Source: a virus (Duplodnaviria > Caudoviricetes). Taken from it: a DNA stretch of 30,224 nt. Below the pieces are notes generated by a model that did no database searches, was not told the origin of the DNA, and saw only the letters and a program-made list of their open reading frames with translations. Of this stretch, positions 27,308-30,224 are shown piece by piece. The position numbers were made by a program, and so were the translations under genes. The DNA lies in the IMG/VR virus record IMGVR_UViG_3300031972_000039, positions 1 to 30,224 of that record, one strand, 5' to 3'. Numbering within the stretch: the first letter of the stretch is position 1; every line of letters begins with the position of its first letter.

Positions 27308-29089
27308 ATGGGATTTGATTGGAATAGTTTTACAGCTAACTTTCTTAACACAGTTAGCACAGGAATAAATGACCGTCTTGAAAAGCAAGATGATGAAAGA
27401 AAGTTATTAGATGCAGAGTATGAAGATGCTAGGGCTGTGTTTAAGAATAGAAAAAAATTAGTTAGTGGCAACATGATGCTTGTTGGTAAGGCTAGAAACT
27501 TAGGCGCTAACGACATGCAAATAAAAGCTGCTATATCTTCAGGAGAGGCTGGACTTGCTACCTTAGTAAAGGCTATGGAAAAGCACACTATGAAAACAGG
27601 CAGAGGTGGGATGACCTTTTCAGAGGTAGATACATTAGTAGAGGGTGCGGAACTTTTTGAAGAAGGAGATGTGGCAGAGTTTTTAAGAAGATCTTACGGT
27701 TTAGAAAGTGATGAGGATGCTCCTGCTTTAGTTGATACTAGGGGTACACTAGGAAAGTTGTTTGCTTCGGGTGATGCAAAAACAGCAGCTAAAATAAATT
27801 TTGGTGCAGACAGAGTTAACATGATAGAACTTGCTAGACAGGATGCTTATGATAGCTTGGCTCCTGACAGAGGCTCTGTATATTTAACTACAGATCAGGC
27901 CAGAGTGTTTGACGTACAGCAGGGTATGCGAGACTTTTACAGAGAGTTTGATAGCTTGATGAGTAATATAGAAAAAACTACAGCTTACAAACAGGCTGCA
28001 CTTAAACCTGATATTGAACTGTCTGATGGTAGTAAGATCTCAGCGCAACAAGCTGTGATATCTAGTGCTCAAGGATTTCTTCTAGAAAGGTATGTGAAAC
28101 TAGGTGGTCAAAGTTTTATTGATAATATTAATCCTGGTCTTGTGGATATAGATCCATCATTGCTTGAGTTAGTAGCTAACGAACAAGGTATAGCAGGAAA
28201 CAACGCTACATCTAAGGCACTAATAAAAGCTACAGCAGCAGATATGGGTACAGAAATAGAAGAAGTTAAAGGTAATATAACTCTAAAATACAACGTGGAT
28301 GCAGATGGTAAGATGCTAGGTAGTATTACTTTTATAACGCCTAATGCAGAGGGTGGTTTAATAGAAAAAGAAATAGATCCATCTAATACAGTTCAAATAA
28401 AAGAGCTAACTCAAATGGGTTTTAACTTTGACACAATGTATGAAGATGATGGAACTATAGAAGCTGCTATAAAAGCCATACCACAGGCTAGCTTTTTATT
28501 CCCTGGTCAAGAAATAACTGAGGAGGTGCTACCACCAGCAGCCCTTGGTGGTCAAATGACCCCACTAGCAGATGAGCGTAGAGATGACGATCCTGAAATA
28601 GAGATACCAGAAGTAGATCCTAAAGGTACACCTAGTTTAATTGATGACATAGGCGCGTTCTTTAGTGAAGGAGGTATTTCTGGGAGAGCAGAAAAAAGAA
28701 GAAGAGAAGAAGCTGGTGAAACTGTAGAAGAAAAAGAAGCTCCAGTTGAAGAAGCACCTACTGATATCACGGTATATGGAACAACAAGCTTTGGTCAACA
28801 GAACTTTACTGTAACGCCAGATGGCAAAGTCTACATTAATGATCGTAGGTCAAATAAGCCTAAAGCAGAAGTAAAAGATCCAGCCGTGATAAAAGGCGTA
28901 TTAGAAAAGAATAAAGAGTTTGTAACTAATGCAATAAATACTTTTGTTAAAGATGCAAACGATAAAGGTATACTAAATGATAAAGCTAAACTAATGGCTT
29001 ATTGGAAAAGGTTTGCAGGTAAAAACAGATTATCTGCACATGTAATTAAACAAGTTGAAGAAGAACTAACAGAGCAGTTGGGTTTATAA
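27308..29089 (+). CDS. Putative internal virion protein
   Basis: 593-aa ORF; amphipathic N-terminus MGFDWNSFTANFL; lies within the internal-protein cluster. Confidence 0.7.
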   Translation: MGFDWNSFTANFLNTVSTGINDRLEKQDDERKLLDAEYEDARAVFKNRKKLVSGNMMLVGKARNLGANDMQIKAAISSGEAGLATLVKAMEKHTMKTGRGGMTFSEVDTLVEGAELFEEGDVAEFLRRSYGLESDEDAPALVDTRGTLGKLFASGDAKTAAKINFGADRVNMIELARQDAYDSLAPDRGSVYLTTDQARVFDVQQGMRDFYREFDSLMSNIEKTTAYKQAALKPDIELSDGSKISAQQAVISSAQGFLLERYVKLGGQSFIDNINPGLVDIDPSLLELVANEQGIAGNNATSKALIKATAADMGTEIEEVKGNITLKYNVDADGKMLGSITFITPNAEGGLIEKEIDPSNTVQIKELTQMGFNFDTMYEDDGTIEAAIKAIPQASFLFPGQEITEEVLPPAALGGQMTPLADERRDDDPEIEIPEVDPKGTPSLIDDIGAFFSEGGISGRAEKRRREEAGETVEEKEAPVEEAPTDITVYGTTSFGQQNFTVTPDGKVYINDRRSNKPKAEVKDPAVIKGVLEKNKEFVTNAINTFVKDANDKGILNDKAKLMAYWKRFAGKNRLSAHVIKQVEEELTEQLGL

Positions 29090-30224
29090 TGGCAGAAGTT
29101 TATACAGGTAGTTTATTTGATTTAGTAGAAGGTAGTCAAGGTACAGCTTTAACTGTTCCTCCTAAAAAAGTATACTCAGGTAGTATATCTGATCTTGTGC
29201 AAAGCGCAACAGCAGGTACGTATAAAGAAGAAGACGATGAAGATGTTATCTTTGACAGTAAAGTTCCAGATAAAAAACTAAAGCTAGATGACTTCTACAA
29301 AAGAGAAAACTTAAATACTATACGTGAGTATATGTCTAGAAACAAGGGCGATGATTATCGCACTATGGAAGATGATACTAAGCTAGTAAACGACTTTGTA
29401 GATCATATGCGTTGGTTCAATGCAAACACCTTGTCAACAGCAGGTGAGGTACAGTTTATACGTAAAGGTAGTGAGGCAGACAAAGCTGCTGCTGCAGATG
29501 CGTACAGATTATATGACAGTTTAGGTAACTTGTTTAACAGAGGCGAAACTCTTTCTGGTAAAATAGATGGTATAAAAGATTATATCTTTGCTGCAGCAGT
29601 AGACCCATCTAACTACTTAGGGCTTCTCACTGGTGGGGTAGGTAAAGCAACTACACTAGGCGCAACAACTGCCAGTAAAAAATTAATTAAAGAAGCAGCT
29701 AACAGAGCCTACAAAGAAGGTATCCGAAAGGGTGCTAACTCAAAGACTATAAACAAAGCAGTAAAAGCAGCACAAGATGATATGATTGCTAAGATAGGAA
29801 AGGGTGCAGCTAGAAGTAAAGCAGGTAAACTAGCCTTGAATCAAGCTGCTATCAATACTAGGACTGAAGCATTTCGTAAGCTTGGGTTTAAATCTTTAAA
29901 AGAGTTTGAGACTAGTAGATTAAAGAAGGGTAGAGCAGCAGAGTTGGCTGCAACGTTTGGTGCAGATGCTACGGTTGCTGCATTTCAAGACATAGCAATA
30001 CAAGATATATACCTAGATGTAAACGTGGATGACTCTATAGATTCAATAAACAAAAAGCAAGTATTACTTAGTACAATACTAGGTGGAGCTATGGCTCCTG
30101 CATTCTCTTTAGCTGGCACTGGTATAGCTACCTCATCTCGTAAGATAGGTAAGAAGACTAGCCTAGCTGATGCTCAAAAAGAAATGTCTATGCAAAAGTT
30201 TGCTAAAAAAGGTGTGGTAGATGC
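29089..30224 (+). CDS. Large internal virion protein, 5' part, truncated by the window end; not in the ORF track
   Basis: TAATG overlap at 29087-29091. Reads MAEVYTGSLFDLVEG...FVDHMRWFNAN...DPSNYLGLLTGG and appears open to the end. Confidence 0.82.
   Translation, partial: MAEVYTGSLFDLVEGSQGTALTVPPKKVYSGSISDLVQSATAGTYKEEDDEDVIFDSKVPDKKLKLDDFYKRENLNTIREYMSRNKGDDYRTMEDDTKLVNDFVDHMRWFNANTLSTAGEVQFIRKGSEADKAAAADAYRLYDSLGNLFNRGETLSGKIDGIKDYIFAAAVDPSNYLGLLTGGVGKATTLGATTASKKLIKEAANRAYKEGIRKGANSKTINKAVKAAQDDMIAKIGKGAARSKAGKLALNQAAINTRTEAFRKLGFKSLKEFETSRLKKGRAAELAATFGADATVAAFQDIAIQDIYLDVNVDDSIDSINKKQVLLSTILGGAMAPAFSLAGTGIATSSRKIGKKTSLADAQKEMSMQKFAKKGVVD

Noticed and set aside
303-28770. Numerous minus-strand ORFs, for example 12920-13690, 20967-21545 and 21088-21393
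   Set aside because: They are antisense shadows of biased or repetitive + strand genes. The Cys-rich 21088-21393 ORF is just the reverse reading of the VNTR.

Overview
This window is the packaging and morphogenesis arm of a tailed dsDNA phage with podovirus-like gene order, entirely + strand and tightly packed. The order is: DUF1127 small protein, two basic DUF5872-like half-genes flanking a tiny Cys-rich ORF, small terminase, a recombinase-domain-like protein, large terminase, portal, scaffold, major capsid, decoration protein, adaptor, nozzle, long tail fibre, connector, three tandem six-repeat beta-propeller paralogues, a coiled-coil protein, membrane proteins, and large internal-virion/ejection proteins. 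One of the latter carries a PG-binding plus pesticin-like muramidase. The last gene runs off the window. The host is probably a marine alphaproteobacterium (inference from DUF1127 and DUF6127-like genes). The most striking unexplained signal is non-coding: the scaffold and capsid leaders fold into hairpins carrying four copies of one asymmetric internal loop (C(U)AC opposite CC), plus a UNCG tetraloop and an AGUA/GAA loop-E motif, suggesting an RNA-level circuit coordinating head-protein synthesis. All family assignments are from motif recognition and synteny by eye; no searches were run.
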